From the NCBI GenBank assembly GCA_044356455.1, contig JBIKWF010000012.1, forward strand, positions 1 through 62,277: DNA of 62,277 bases, written 5' to 3'. The stretch's first letter is position 1, and each line of letters opens with the position of its first letter. The notes beneath the pieces were generated by a model. It made no database searches, had not been told where the DNA came from, and saw nothing but the letters and a program-made list of their open reading frames with translations. Both the position numbers and the translations under genes were made by a program. The stretch is from Bdellovibrionota bacterium (GTDB taxonomy: Bacteria; Bdellovibrionota_C; UBA2361; JBGSMV01). Below, in pieces: positions 45,320 through 55,110 of this stretch.

Positions 45320-47754
45320 GCCACTCCTTGCGGTTCTTGAGGGGGCCGCCAGCTTCCAATAATGAAAGGAGCGGTGCACATTGAAATGGCAACACCCACA
45401 AAGAGGGTCGTTCCAAAGGAGGCAAGCACGGCGGTTGAACTTAGTGCCAAGCAGCCAAAGGACATGATGGTCGTCACCGTGGAAAGTGCAATTGCAAGCA
45501 TCGATGGTCCCTTTGACTCCATGCCTTCCAAAAGGAAGACACTATAATCAATCGCAAGCCCCAGCACGATGATATTGGCCAATACTGAGAAGAGGGTAAT
45601 AGGTTGATCGAGCAGTCCGAGCGCTGCGGTGGTCGCTACCACAGAAGCAAGTGCAGGAAGCATCCCACGAGATCCGCGCCGTGGACCATATCGAGCGACA
45701 AGAATCCCAAACACCAAACAATAACAGAGGAAACTAACTGCGGCGGCAACTCTTCTATAACGCGCCATGAGGTCCGTGGTGTCTGAGAGTTGGTCATAGA
45801 AGAAAACGCCTTGGTTAGGGCGAGCCGCATCTCGAAGGAGGGAGTCATCTCGAATGCCCTGAAGAGGAACAATCGCAGCTGGGGGTGCGTTATTGCCAAC
45901 GACCCAGAGCTGTTTAAGCCCATGGGAGGCTGGGCTATTTCTCCATTCTGCGAGGGAAAGAGGGGGAGGGTTCTGCTCCGTGGCGAATTCAAAAAATTGG
46001 GTGATGCTGTGTTCTGGAATACCTAGGTCTTCAAGTCCTTTCTGCAGAGCGCCGCGTTGCTCAAGAATAAACTCTCGCAGAAGAGTTGCTCGTCTGCGCT
46101 GGGTCGCCTCGGAGGAGACAAAGCTCCCCATACTCTGAAAACCCTCAAGGGCGCCCTGTTGGATGAGTCTTTTCAGACGCGCGAGCAATTCATCCTGGCG
46201 TTTGAGGACCTCCTCGCTGCTTGAGCCTGTCACTACAAAAAAGCGTCGACCGTCGCTTCCTCCTAAGAGAGACCTAAACTGCTCTTCCTCTTTTACTAGC
46301 TCAGCCGGAGGTCGCTGCAGCGATCTGATGTCATCCCCGGGGGAGGCTTTGAGGAGTCCCATGAGAGCAAGCGGGGCAGCTGCAATGGCGAGTAGTAGCG
46401 CAACTCTTTTTACCGAGGGAGATTGGGTTAGTCCAAGAATGTGGGCGCACCAGGCGAGGGCGGCGGGGGGGCGGGCTCCACGACTTACGGGTCGAAGGAG
46501 CGGAAGCCATGCGAGCACAGAAAAGAAGGAGCCAAGCATGCCGGCGATTGAGAAGACAGCAATCTCTCTAAGGCCAGGAAAGGAGACAAACAAAAGACCA
46601 GAAAATCCGATGATACTCGTGAATACGCCGACGGAAATTGCAGGCAGGACCATGCGTAGCACGCGAAGAGAAGGCGCGCCCGGTGCGGCAAGACGATGGC
46701 AAAAGAAATGGAATGAATAGTCAGCGCACACGCCGATGAGACTAGCGCCAAGCCCTAAGGTGATAAGATGAAGCTTGCCAAAGAGAAGTAAACAGCTTGA
46801 TAGGGCGCATAATACTCCTACCCCAACGCTCAGAAGGGAAAAGAAGAGGGGGGTAAGGCTAGAAAAGACAAAGAGGATGAGCGCGATGGTTCCGATGAGG
46901 GAACCTATACTAATGAGAAACAGATCACTTTCCGCGCTTCCGGCCATAGCCTCTGCAAAACGCAAAGCCCCCAGCTCATGAACGGTCACCTCGGGAAAGG
47001 AGCGCGAAATAGTTGCCTTGGCTTCGTCTAGGCGAAGTGACGCGGCTTGTTGTGAGGCGCGGTCAAAGACCGTGGATTTCAGCGTAGCAGAGAGCAGTAT
47101 CGCAAGATGAGAGGTTGCCTCGGGCGCTTCACTCGCCTCTAGAGAGGTCACAAGATAGCCATCTTGTAGATTCAGCTTCCCGGGGGGGCGAGGAAGATTG
47201 CTTAGTGAGTCGGCGAAGAGAAGCAGGGGATCCTCTTGAACGTCGGAGGAGACGGTTCCAGATACTGGAGAATAAAGAATGCGTGCAACCCGTTCACAAA
47301 TCGCCGCCACAGGCGCGGGCCCTTTGAGGATCTCTTCGATACGTTCGGAGTAAAGCTGGGTGCGGTGAGGAAACAGTAATTCCCGGTAGGAGGTGAGAGA
47401 GTCTTGCGCAAGCCGGCCCTGAACATCACCAAATTCTGGGGCATTCTCTAGGATCTTGACGAGGGCATCGGTGGCTTTTGCCGCAGATTCAAAAGTCGGG
47501 GCGGCGACAAGGAGCGCAACCTTTTGGCTCACTTGTCTCATGAAGGCAGTCGTGGCCTCAACTCGCGCGGGGTTCTGTGTGTCTTGCGGGAGGAGCGCTA
47601 AGAGATCGGCGTCAAAGCGAATTCCCCTGGCTGAGGCAAAAAGCATCCATGCGCCGATAGCGACTACCGCAAGTGTCCAGACGATTGAGAAACCCTTCCA
47701 AAGCGCATGCGCGCGTTTCTCATGGCCTTGCTGAGCAAGAGGGAATCGCTTCAC
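45316..47754 (-). CDS. MMPL/RND-type exporter (ApeM-like)
   Basis: Two 1+5 TM repeats, DLLALLP, GVCADYSFH, GLAIDYSVF. Confidence 0.9.
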   Translation of the reverse strand: MKRFPLAQQGHEKRAHALWKGFSIVWTLAVVAIGAWMLFASARGIRFDADLLALLPQDTQNPARVEATTAFMRQVSQKVALLVAAPTFESAAKATDALVKILENAPEFGDVQGRLAQDSLTSYRELLFPHRTQLYSERIEEILKGPAPVAAICERVARILYSPVSGTVSSDVQEDPLLLFADSLSNLPRPPGKLNLQDGYLVTSLEASEAPEATSHLAILLSATLKSTVFDRASQQAASLRLDEAKATISRSFPEVTVHELGALRFAEAMAGSAESDLFLISIGSLIGTIALILFVFSSLTPLFFSLLSVGVGVLCALSSCLLLFGKLHLITLGLGASLIGVCADYSFHFFCHRLAAPGAPSLRVLRMVLPAISVGVFTSIIGFSGLLFVSFPGLREIAVFSIAGMLGSFFSVLAWLPLLRPVSRGARPPAALAWCAHILGLTQSPSVKRVALLLAIAAAPLALMGLLKASPGDDIRSLQRPPAELVKEEEQFRSLLGGSDGRRFFVVTGSSSEEVLKRQDELLARLKRLIQQGALEGFQSMGSFVSSEATQRRRATLLREFILEQRGALQKGLEDLGIPEHSITQFFEFATEQNPPPLSLAEWRNSPASHGLKQLWVVGNNAPPAAIVPLQGIRDDSLLRDAARPNQGVFFYDQLSDTTDLMARYRRVAAAVSFLCYCLVFGILVARYGPRRGSRGMLPALASVVATTAALGLLDQPITLFSVLANIIVLGLAIDYSVFLLEGMESKGPSMLAIALSTVTTIMSFGCLALSSTAVLASFGTTLFVGVAISMCTAPFIIGSWRPPQEPQGVA

Positions 47755-48491
47755 CGGACACCGCTCGCCAAAAGTTGTTGTTCCTCGGTTTCGGTCAGTA
47801 CGACCTCGCTGCGCTGAGGTCCATTAGCCTTTGACTGCAAAAACACGATGGTAGTTTGGTCTCCGCTTGGCTCAAAAATTTCAAGCCGCTCAATTAAGTC
47901 GTTTCCGTAGAGCGTGATCTTAGAGATGAAGCGAGCGAGAGAAGGGCGGGCGGTTAAGGATAAGGACCAGCCCTTTCCTTGAAAAGCTTCTTGTACCTCA
48001 AAGTTCTGGGAGAGTTCCGACGTGTCTCCCCCAAAAAGAGAGAGGAAGGCTTTGCTGAACCCATGCGCAACGGCATTATCAGAGGCAGCAATTCTGGTCG
48101 ACGCGCCATCGTCGCTAAGCCGCAAAATCCCAGCACCAGAAATTACCAAAATATTGGGAAAGGGCTGGGTGGTGTTCCAAATAATCCCCTTGTGCTTCAC
48201 ATACAAAAAGGAGCCGGAACTTACGAGCGGACGGTTCAAGTGGGGGATAACCTTTGTCTGAGTGAAATGAGCTCTCAAGGCGGTTACCAATTCAAGCTTC
48301 CTGGTGAGCGAAGAGACTGAAGGGGATTCGCTACTCGTAAGCTGAGGCGGGGGAGCTGAGGGTGTTGCTTCCTCAGCAAACGCGGAAGATTGCAGTGGGG
48401 ACGGTAGCAAAAAGAGTGTCGCCAAACAGGCGCAGGTTACGAGCGGTGTTCTCCAACAGAGGGTTAGAGATCGTGGGGTAGGGAGTTTCAT
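47751..48491 (-). CDS. LolA-like carrier protein (ApeL-like)
   Basis: Signal peptide, FTQTK..L.RPL.SSG.F..G..W....PF, E.SGD.T.I.F. Confidence 0.88.
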   Translation of the reverse strand: MKLPTPRSLTLCWRTPLVTCACLATLFLLPSPLQSSAFAEEATPSAPPPQLTSSESPSVSSLTRKLELVTALRAHFTQTKVIPHLNRPLVSSGSFLYVKHKGIIWNTTQPFPNILVISGAGILRLSDDGASTRIAASDNAVAHGFSKAFLSLFGGDTSELSQNFEVQEAFQGKGWSLSLTARPSLARFISKITLYGNDLIERLEIFEPSGDQTTIVFLQSKANGPQRSEVVLTETEEQQLLASGVR

Positions 48492-48527
48492 GAGCAGTCA
48501 CTTTCTTGTCAGCAGAATAATAGCCAT

Positions 48528-48746
48528 TTAGGGAACCTCTGAAAAACCTCGAAAAGGAACTTTTTTTGTCCTGTTTTCCCTCCGCGTACTCAGCGTCCTC
48601 CGCGTTATTCAATAGTTTTCAAATAACGCGGAGCCGTCTACGCCTTACGGCTGCGCCGAGCCAGACTTCAGTGCGGCCGCGGCGCAGCTTTGGCGGAGCC
48701 GGGGACGCTGAGTACGCAGAGGGGGAGTTTTTCAGAGGCTCCCTAG
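48528..48746. mobile_element. Family A element (A3) carrying a ~70-bp nested insert
   Basis: TTAG-GGAACCTCTGAAAAA...TTTTTCAGAGGCTCC-CTAG. Extra segment ~48632-48702 is absent from the near-identical copy at 58496. Confidence 0.9.
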
Positions 48747-48859
48747 GAACCTGTCCCGAAGAAACATAAATCTTCGATTTGAACACAGTCCCTAGATAGG
48801 CTCTCCGGTTGCCACCGCCACGTGTAGCGGTAGGAACTTTCTACGGGACAGACTCCCAG
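48743..48859. mobile_element. Family C element, copy 3
   Basis: CTAG-GAACCTGTCCC...GGGACAGACTC-CCAG. Shares its CTAG with the adjacent A element. Confidence 0.8.
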
Positions 48860-49165
48860 AAGACTACACAAGAGAAGGTCGAGAGGCGAGGGCCCCCAGG
48901 GCTCCGCCAACTGGGTATACTGGTCTTGTCGGAAGGTCCACTCTTTGCTCTGCAACATTGACAAGACGCCAGACGTAAACGCCAGAAGGACCTGAGCCCT
49001 GGGGATACAGCGTTACTATTTAGGCCGATGCGAGGCCTTGGAAGGATATACAGCTTCCCCCACAAAATCCCCACTGCTCCAGGCAAGGGGAGTAGACCGC
49101 CCTCTGGAGTAGTAAGAGAGGTACTAGCAGCAGCGACTCGCAATGTCGGAAATATGGTCGAAGCT

Positions 49166-49392
49166 CTAGCCGTCATGTCTCACGGGATCCCTAACGGGTC
49201 CGTGAGACTGCGTTGGAAATCCGCCATCCAGGCGGATTTCCAACATCGCGCACCTGCGAGCGCCGCGAACACGGCGTCGCCCTCCGGTGCGCTCCAAATC
49301 ACTCCCTCCGGTCGCGATTTGCTAACGCCGTCCGGGCGTTAGCTAGCCTGATCATCTCGCAGCCCTCGGGGGCTGTGAGATGATCAGGCTAG
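49166..49392 (+). repeat. Family B element, copy 4
   Basis: CTAG-CCGTCATGTCTCACGGG...GATGATCAGG-CTAG. Confidence 0.9.
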
Positions 49393-49405
49393 GGTATCGG
49401 AATGT

Positions 49406-49641
49406 TTTCACCACAAAGGACGCAAGGGACACAAAGGAACGCGTGTTCAAATTGCTAGGGAGGCTCTGAAAAAGTCCCCTCCGTGAACTCTGTGCCCTCT
49501 GTGGTTGATTTAAATTGTTGAAAAACCACAGAGGACACAGAGTTCACAGAGAGAAAAAAGGAATATTGAGGTTTTTCAGAGACTCCCTAGTTTCTATCGA
49601 GCTTTCTTTGCGTCCTTAGCGTCCTTTGTGGTCCAATAAAA
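49406..49641. repeat. Family E hairpin interrupted by a family A element
   Basis: Arms CCACAAAGGACGCAAGGGACACAAAG and CTTTGCGTCCTTAGCGTCCTTTGTGG flank the A copy. Confidence 0.8.
49455..49590. mobile_element. Family A element (A1)
   Basis: CTAG-GGAGGCTCTGAAAAA...TTTTTCAGAGACTCC-CTAG. Confidence 0.92.
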
Positions 49642-49754
49642 TGTTAACTAACTTTTGGTAAGTTGGGCATTGTAACCTATTGAAATTAGAGTTGTTTCGC
49701 CTGCTCCGAAGAGGGATGTAGGACTATCCGCGGCCAGCCGATACTCCTCTCTGT

Positions 49755-50726
49755 ATGCCCATAGCCATTAAGGCAGTTCGCGAGAAGTTTGGGTTCATTG
49801 AAGGGATTGCACCGTCTCTTCGCCAAGCGCTCGCTAAAGGCGCACTCGCAAGTCCACCCACACAAAGAAAAGAAGAAACCGATAGCATTGAAATTACCCT
49901 TGGAGGGCGGCGTAAATCAGCTGCGGCTGCCGCCGAGGGCGCTGAAGGTCAGGTAAAGCCTTCGTCCGCGGGAGGGCTACGTAGTCTCTTGGGTGAGCTG
50001 CAGCAATTTGCGGCAGGGCTGGAGGATCTTGAGGCGCGAGCGGCAGATGCAGCCTTGGGCTCGGAACAAAGTGTGGCAATTGCGAAAGAGCTTGAAGAGC
50101 AGAAGACGGCCTACGAAAAAATTCTCCAGAGCCCAGTGTTCAGCCGTATCGAGGACATCATGAAACATGTCGACCGCATGTTTTCTCAAGGGGTCTCCCC
50201 CGAGGCGGTCGCTCGCGCACTGCAGCGAGAGCGGGGGCTCTTGGGTGATGACCTTCTAGGAGCGATTCAGGGCGGTGACCTCAATAGCCTGTCGAGTATC
50301 CGCGATGTTCTGAATGGCTTTAAGGGAGTCGACGTTCTGAGCGGCTCCGCAAGCCCGCAGCTGAGAAAATTGACCGATGCTCTTTTCCAAGCGTTGGAAG
50401 GGAAAGCCTATCAAGAGAAGCCCTACGAAAAGCCGACACTCGAAAAGAAGGAAGACATCATAGCGGCGCCGGCACTGCAGAGGCTTGATATGGATCTTCC
50501 CGGAGACCTCTCCTTTCGATTGCTTTCAGTGACAGGCAAGGATGTGGCGAAGGCTATCGAGTCGCATTCGCTGCCTGATCCTAAGCATGCGCTGGTGTTA
50601 GTGTTGGATACGGAGAGAAGACCAGAGAGCACTCTCGAAAAGAAAAAGCGTGAGCAAGAGGAGGAGGAGGAGAGGCAGCGCGAGAAGGAGAGTCGAGAGC
50701 CTACCCTGGAACAGGGGAAAATTTAG
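49755..50726 (+). CDS. Hypothetical helical protein with weak flagellin-like segments
   Basis: 323-aa ORF. Segment ...LEARAADAALGSEQSVAIAKELEEQKTAYEKILQSPVF resembles the flagellin N-terminal helices. Charged C-terminal tail. Confidence 0.6.
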   Translation: MPIAIKAVREKFGFIEGIAPSLRQALAKGALASPPTQRKEETDSIEITLGGRRKSAAAAAEGAEGQVKPSSAGGLRSLLGELQQFAAGLEDLEARAADAALGSEQSVAIAKELEEQKTAYEKILQSPVFSRIEDIMKHVDRMFSQGVSPEAVARALQRERGLLGDDLLGAIQGGDLNSLSSIRDVLNGFKGVDVLSGSASPQLRKLTDALFQALEGKAYQEKPYEKPTLEKKEDIIAAPALQRLDMDLPGDLSFRLLSVTGKDVAKAIESHSLPDPKHALVLVLDTERRPESTLEKKKREQEEEEERQREKESREPTLEQGKI

Positions 50727-50837
50727 AAACCTCGATATTCTATTTTTCTCTCTGTGATCTCTGTGCCCTCTGTGGTTTTTCAAGATTTTAAATCAACCAC
50801 AGGATTCGCAGAGCGGACTTTTTCAGAGCTTCCCGAG
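50712..50837. mobile_element. Degenerate family A element (A1) between convergent genes
   Basis: Core CTCTGTGGTTTTTCAAGATTTTAAATCAACCACAG and right TIR TTTTTCAGAGCTTCC. The TIR supplies the stop (GKL*) of the minus-strand gene. Confidence 0.8.
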
Positions 50838-51425
50838 GCGTCTTTTAACCCGTTGCCTTACCGCATACTCCCCCGCAAAGAGTAACCCCATAAGGACATA
50901 ACTGATCGCTCCGTTGTAGAGGGTCCAAACGGCAAGGTCTCCGTGTAGGACGGTCCAAAGAGCGACGCATCCATTGCAACAAAAGAATGCCGCCCACACG
51001 AGCGTCACTCGATCACAATACGACTTTGCTTCGGGGGGAGCGGAGCGAAACGAAGAGGCCATGCGCCATATAACAGAGGGGCCCTTTACAAGGGAGGCTA
51101 CGAATATAACTCCTAAGACCGCATTTACTATAACCGGGTAGTAGAGCGCGGCCGAAGCCGCAAGTTCCGCAGTCACGAGTGCGCCCAGAGCCAATACCCC
51201 GCCGCATAGTAGGTAGAGAGCTCGTAAACCGGGTCGATGGGCGCTAAGCCCCTTGAGAATAAGAAGCGTAGCCAAGAGTAGGCCAGCCGCTCCCGCTCCC
51301 CAGTGCTGAAGTGCGACATAGATAAGCGGAGGGTAAAGGAGAGTTCCCCCTATGAGGATGATGGATTTCCATGAGCGAAGCACCGAAGAGGGGGCCACAA
51401 AGAGAGATTTTCGAAGCTCGTTCAT
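50823..51425 (-). CDS. COG4648-type membrane protein (ApeG-like)
   Basis: LLYP, YYPV.VN, Y..RVT.VW..FF..NG, WTLYNG.ISY.LMG.LFAGEY.VR. Confidence 0.85.
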   Translation of the reverse strand: MNELRKSLFVAPSSVLRSWKSIILIGGTLLYPPLIYVALQHWGAGAAGLLLATLLILKGLSAHRPGLRALYLLCGGVLALGALVTAELAASAALYYPVIVNAVLGVIFVASLVKGPSVIWRMASSFRSAPPEAKSYCDRVTLVWAAFFCCNGCVALWTVLHGDLAVWTLYNGAISYVLMGLLFAGEYAVRQRVKRRLGKL

Positions 51426-51436
51426 CAGAGTGTTAT

Positions 51437-51557
51437 CACCACAAAGGACGCAAGGGCCACAAGGGAACACGTTGAAATTGCGAGGAGTCTGTCCCCTAGA
51501 AAATTCTCGCCCCTACAGCTTGTGGTGGCAGAAACTTTCTACGGGACAGACTCCTAG
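51437..51557. repeat. Family E half-arm followed by a shortened family C element (51481-51557)
   Basis: CACCACAAAGGACGCAAGGGCCACAAGGG...AAATTG, then GAGTCTGTCCC...GGGACAGACTC-CTAG. Confidence 0.75.
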
Positions 51558-51853
51558 CCCCTATTTCTCGTACACCCTACAAGTTCCCGAACTCCCTAGA
51601 GTGCCGCAAGTAGCCCTTTCCGCGGAAATAGGGGCTCAGCTCGCCATTTCAGGTCGCAATTTTCGGCGCGACCGAACTGCACTGTGAAAAGGCGGCGGGG
51701 CCCGCCCCAATTATTGCCACCAGTGGTTGTGTCACAGGAGTTGCTCCTCAAGTTTAAGAGGTAAACACCGTAGCATACTCAGGGACAGCCTGAAAAACGG
51801 GAGAGATGGGTTTAAAAGTTCCGTGTACGCCCCCTCGGCGAATTCTAAGACAA

Positions 51854-53335
51854 TCACCAGCGGCGGACTTTTCCCGAATGGGTAAGTGGTATTGCTGTTG
51901 TCACTCTGAATTGTTGAGGGATCTTCTGAGTGCTCAGAAGCTTTCGGCAGTGGCGCCGTAGCTCTGGCTCAACGAGCGAGGCGCCCGCAAGGAGCTCAAT
52001 GTCACACACGACAATTTCCCCCAATTGCGCGTGTGGCTCACCGTACACGCGGCATTGTTTTATTCCTGCGAACTGTTTGACGACTTCCTCAACTTCTTCT
52101 GGGAAAACTTTAACACCCGCGTAGTTAATTGAGGCTTTCTTTCGTCCGGCTATTTCGTAACTGCCGTCAGAATGTTTGATGGCAAGATCTCCAGTAGAAA
52201 AGAAGCCGTCTCGCGTCACCTCGTCGCGCCTCTGTGCGGGAAAAAGGTAAGCATCGAACATCCCAGGTCCCTTAACCCAGAGATTTCCGGGGGTGCCAGG
52301 AGGACAGGCCTGCCCCAGGTCATCGGTAATTTCAATCTCATATGGGGGGAGCGCATAACCAAGCGCGCCGGCTGGTGCTGCCAGCTCGGCGAGATGCCCG
52401 AGTGGAAGTCCTACCTCGATTATGCCGAACACCTGACGTGGGGAAAACCCATGCCGCGCGCGAAAGCGCGCAGATATCTGTGATGAAAGAGCGCCCGAAG
52501 TTGAGATGGGATGGCGAAAGTGCGGAAGCGTAAGTTGTGGTGGTAGCTCGGCAAGAGAGGCGTAAATAGAGGGCGATCCGAAGAGTACCGTTCCGCCATG
52601 TCTATGCGCAGCCTCTGAGATCGAGGTCGCCAAGTGATCTCGGGCAATGACGATCCCTGCGCCCACCTTTAGATACAAGAGAAGCGAAGAGATGAAGTGG
52701 TAAGCCATCGGCAGCACCCAGATGATGCGATCTCCTGGCGTGAGTGCTAGATTTTGCTGGGTGGCATCAAGTCTCTCAAGAACTGAGCGATGCGAGAGCA
52801 CGACGCCCTTAGATTTTCCGGTCGTTCCAGAAGTAGGGCGGATAAGCGCGGCGTCTGGTACGTGCGAGACGAATGGCCTGCGCGCTAAGCCGAGCTCGGT
52901 GAAGCGAAGCAGAGAAAAATCAAAGCTGAGAGGGTAATGCGAAAGGGCTGGGGGCATGGCTCCTGAGCCTATTCGAAGAAGCGCCTCTACCGGTATATCA
53001 GAGCGGAGCTCCTCTAACTCTTGCTCGGTCAGGCCCGCTGGGATTGGCATCACCACTGCTTCGCAGCGGGCGAGGGACATAAGTCCCACGATAAAGGCCA
53101 ATCCGTTTGGCGCTTGCAGGGCAACTCCAGCTCCGGGTCCAATTCCTTGCTGCTGGAGTTCTTTTGAAAGCGCAGTGACAAGTCGGAAAAGCTCCGCGAA
53201 GGTTACAATTTCTGACTCGGTCAGCACAGCCGGGAGGTCGGGGAATTGCTCGGCTGACCGTTCCAGGATTGAGCCAATAGAGGGCGAAAGGTGGGGCGCT
53301 GTTGTGTGTAAAGAAGTAGTACTACGCCGTTCCAT
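51854..53335 (-). CDS. AMP-binding acyl-CoA/ACP ligase
   Basis: TSGTTGKSKG, FGIIE, TGDL, GRK, HSGKVRR. Start uncertain. Confidence 0.9.
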   Translation of the reverse strand: MERRSTTSLHTTAPHLSPSIGSILERSAEQFPDLPAVLTESEIVTFAELFRLVTALSKELQQQGIGPGAGVALQAPNGLAFIVGLMSLARCEAVVMPIPAGLTEQELEELRSDIPVEALLRIGSGAMPPALSHYPLSFDFSLLRFTELGLARRPFVSHVPDAALIRPTSGTTGKSKGVVLSHRSVLERLDATQQNLALTPGDRIIWVLPMAYHFISSLLLYLKVGAGIVIARDHLATSISEAAHRHGGTVLFGSPSIYASLAELPPQLTLPHFRHPISTSGALSSQISARFRARHGFSPRQVFGIIEVGLPLGHLAELAAPAGALGYALPPYEIEITDDLGQACPPGTPGNLWVKGPGMFDAYLFPAQRRDEVTRDGFFSTGDLAIKHSDGSYEIAGRKKASINYAGVKVFPEEVEEVVKQFAGIKQCRVYGEPHAQLGEIVVCDIELLAGASLVEPELRRHCRKLLSTQKIPQQFRVTTAIPLTHSGKVRRW

Positions 53336-53363
53336 GGATGGCCTCACCGCATAAAAAAACTGG

Positions 53364-53840
53364 CTAATCGTGGAGTGAGGGTGATGAAAGCGTCGTAGCT
53401 TTGAGGAAGTGCAAGAATTTCTGTTTTGTAGTGCACCACTTGGTGTGAAATGCGCAGGGGTCGTTCGGGTCACAAGGCTTTTTGAAAAGCATGCATTCTT
53501 CCCTCACGAGGGGGTCTTGCATAGCTTGGCACACTTCAAAAAAACTAGTCGAAAGTTGCGAGCTATTGAGCCTGACTCCGCCATTCTTGCCGCGCCGACT
53601 TTCGATGATGCCACGCTCCGCCAGGCCCTTAAGGACTTTCGAGAGATAGGGGGCGGGAAGCTTTGTTTCTGCCGCAATCTCATCGACGCGCAGAAAGGGG
53701 AGCTCGGATACTTGTTCAGTCGCGCTGGCGCCTTGGTTCGATCTTTTGCGGGCTCCGCCTAAGAGCTGTACCTGCTGCTCAGAGTGGCGTTGGAGATAGA
53801 GCAGGGCTCTTAGCGCATACTTCGATTGTGCGGATAACAT
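53364..53840 (-). CDS. Rrf2-family transcriptional regulator (Fe-S type)
   Basis: KYALRAL, YLSKVL..L...G...SRRG.NGG, C.LFKKPC....PC.FH. Confidence 0.9.
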   Translation of the reverse strand: MLSAQSKYALRALLYLQRHSEQQVQLLGGARKRSNQGASATEQVSELPFLRVDEIAAETKLPAPYLSKVLKGLAERGIIESRRGKNGGVRLNSSQLSTSFFEVCQAMQDPLVREECMLFKKPCDPNDPCAFHTKWCTTKQKFLHFLKATTLSSPSLHD

Positions 53841-53876
53841 GACGAATCCTTATCGCATTTTCTATGGAAAGTCTTG

Positions 53877-54012
53877 TTAGGGAACTTTTGAAAAAACAGC
53901 GCTCTTTTATTTTTTCTCTCAGTGAGCTCTGTGTCCTGTGGTTTTTTAACAACTTAAATCAACCACAGAGGGCACAGAGTTCACAGAGAGGACTTTTTCA
54001 GAGGCTCCCTAG
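53877..54012. mobile_element. Family A element (A1)
   Basis: TTAG-GGAACTTTTGAAAAA...TTTTTCAGAGGCTCC-CTAG. Confidence 0.9.
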
Positions 54013-54126
54013 AATCCTTCAGCGTCGCTCCATTCTCACTCGCGATAGTAAGCAAAACCCCCTCTTAGTGGTTGTTTTTATAAATCACTTATCACAAACA
54101 ACTACCTCAAAAGACCGCCTGTGCCC

Positions 54127-54174
54127 TTGCCCAAGAAAGCCACCCAGCATATAAGAGATAAACTAGTCTTCTAT
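54127..54174 (+). promoter_or_regulatory. Putative promoter overlapped by an Rrf2-type inverted repeat
   Basis: TTGCCC(54127)-17-TATAAG(54150), and ATAAGAGAT-N6-GTCTTCTAT (54151-54174). Confidence 0.5.
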
Positions 54175-54183
54175 AGAGTTTAT

Positions 54184-55110
54184 ATGAATACCGCGATTAA
54201 ATCAGAGAGCCAAGAGAGTTCTCCTTCTACTATGCAGCCTGAGCCTCGCCGAGGGATTCTGCTTCGAAACCAGGTCGCCTTTGCTTTGGTTCATATCGTT
54301 CCGTTTGCTGCGTTTTTTACCAACGTGACAGGGTTCGATTGGATTCTTTGCGTGGCTCTCTACGTCGCAAGAATGTTCTTTGTGACGGCAGGTTATCATC
54401 GTTATTTTTCTCACCGTGCATTCAAGACCTCACGGGCGTTTCAGTTTATTTTAGCCTTCTTGGCGCAAACGAGCGCTCAGAAAGGGGTCCTTTGGTGGGC
54501 AGCTCATCACCGCTCACACCACAAATACAGCGATACGCCTCACGATCCGCATTCAATGAAGATTTACGGCTTCTGGTACTCTCATTTAGGTTGGATTCTT
54601 GGGCCTGATTACGACGAAACTGATTATTCAAAGATAGGAGATCTCGCGAAATTCCCAGAACTCCAGTGGCTTAATCGCAACTATCTGGTTCCTCCTTTTC
54701 TTCTCGCGCTTTGCACCATGGCGGCGGGGGGCTACTACGTAACAGGAGAGCTAAGCGTTACCGCTGCTCTTACGCACGGCTGGTCGACACTCTTTGTCGG
54801 GTTCTTCCTTAGTACGGTAGTGCTCTATCACGGGACCTTCTCTATCAACTCAATCATGCATAAATTCGGTAAGCCGCGGTACAAGACCGGAGATGAATCA
54901 AAAAACAGCCTTTGGCTTGCACTTATTACCTTAGGCGAGGGTTGGCATAATAATCATCACTACTACCAGAGTGCCGCGCGCCAGGGGTTCTTCTGGTGGG
55001 AGATTGATATTAGCTACTACCTCATTCGGGCGTTAGCCTTCTTGGGATTGGTGTGGGACGTGCGAGAGGTGCCGGAGCATATTCAGTTTCCGGAGACTGT
55101 TTCTTCCTAG
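54184..55110 (+). CDS. Delta-9-type membrane fatty acid desaturase
   Basis: His boxes HRYFSH, HRSHH, WHNNHH. Confidence 0.95.
   Translation: MNTAIKSESQESSPSTMQPEPRRGILLRNQVAFALVHIVPFAAFFTNVTGFDWILCVALYVARMFFVTAGYHRYFSHRAFKTSRAFQFILAFLAQTSAQKGVLWWAAHHRSHHKYSDTPHDPHSMKIYGFWYSHLGWILGPDYDETDYSKIGDLAKFPELQWLNRNYLVPPFLLALCTMAAGGYYVTGELSVTAALTHGWSTLFVGFFLSTVVLYHGTFSINSIMHKFGKPRYKTGDESKNSLWLALITLGEGWHNNHHYYQSAARQGFFWWEIDISYYLIRALAFLGLVWDVREVPEHIQFPETVSS

Noticed and set aside
45000..45425. ORF with THWH repeats (and antisense SECA repeats) as a metal-binding or RiPP peptide
   Set aside because: These are alternative frames of the 12-bp VNTR. The LTGT frame has the lipobox and the ATGA coupling.
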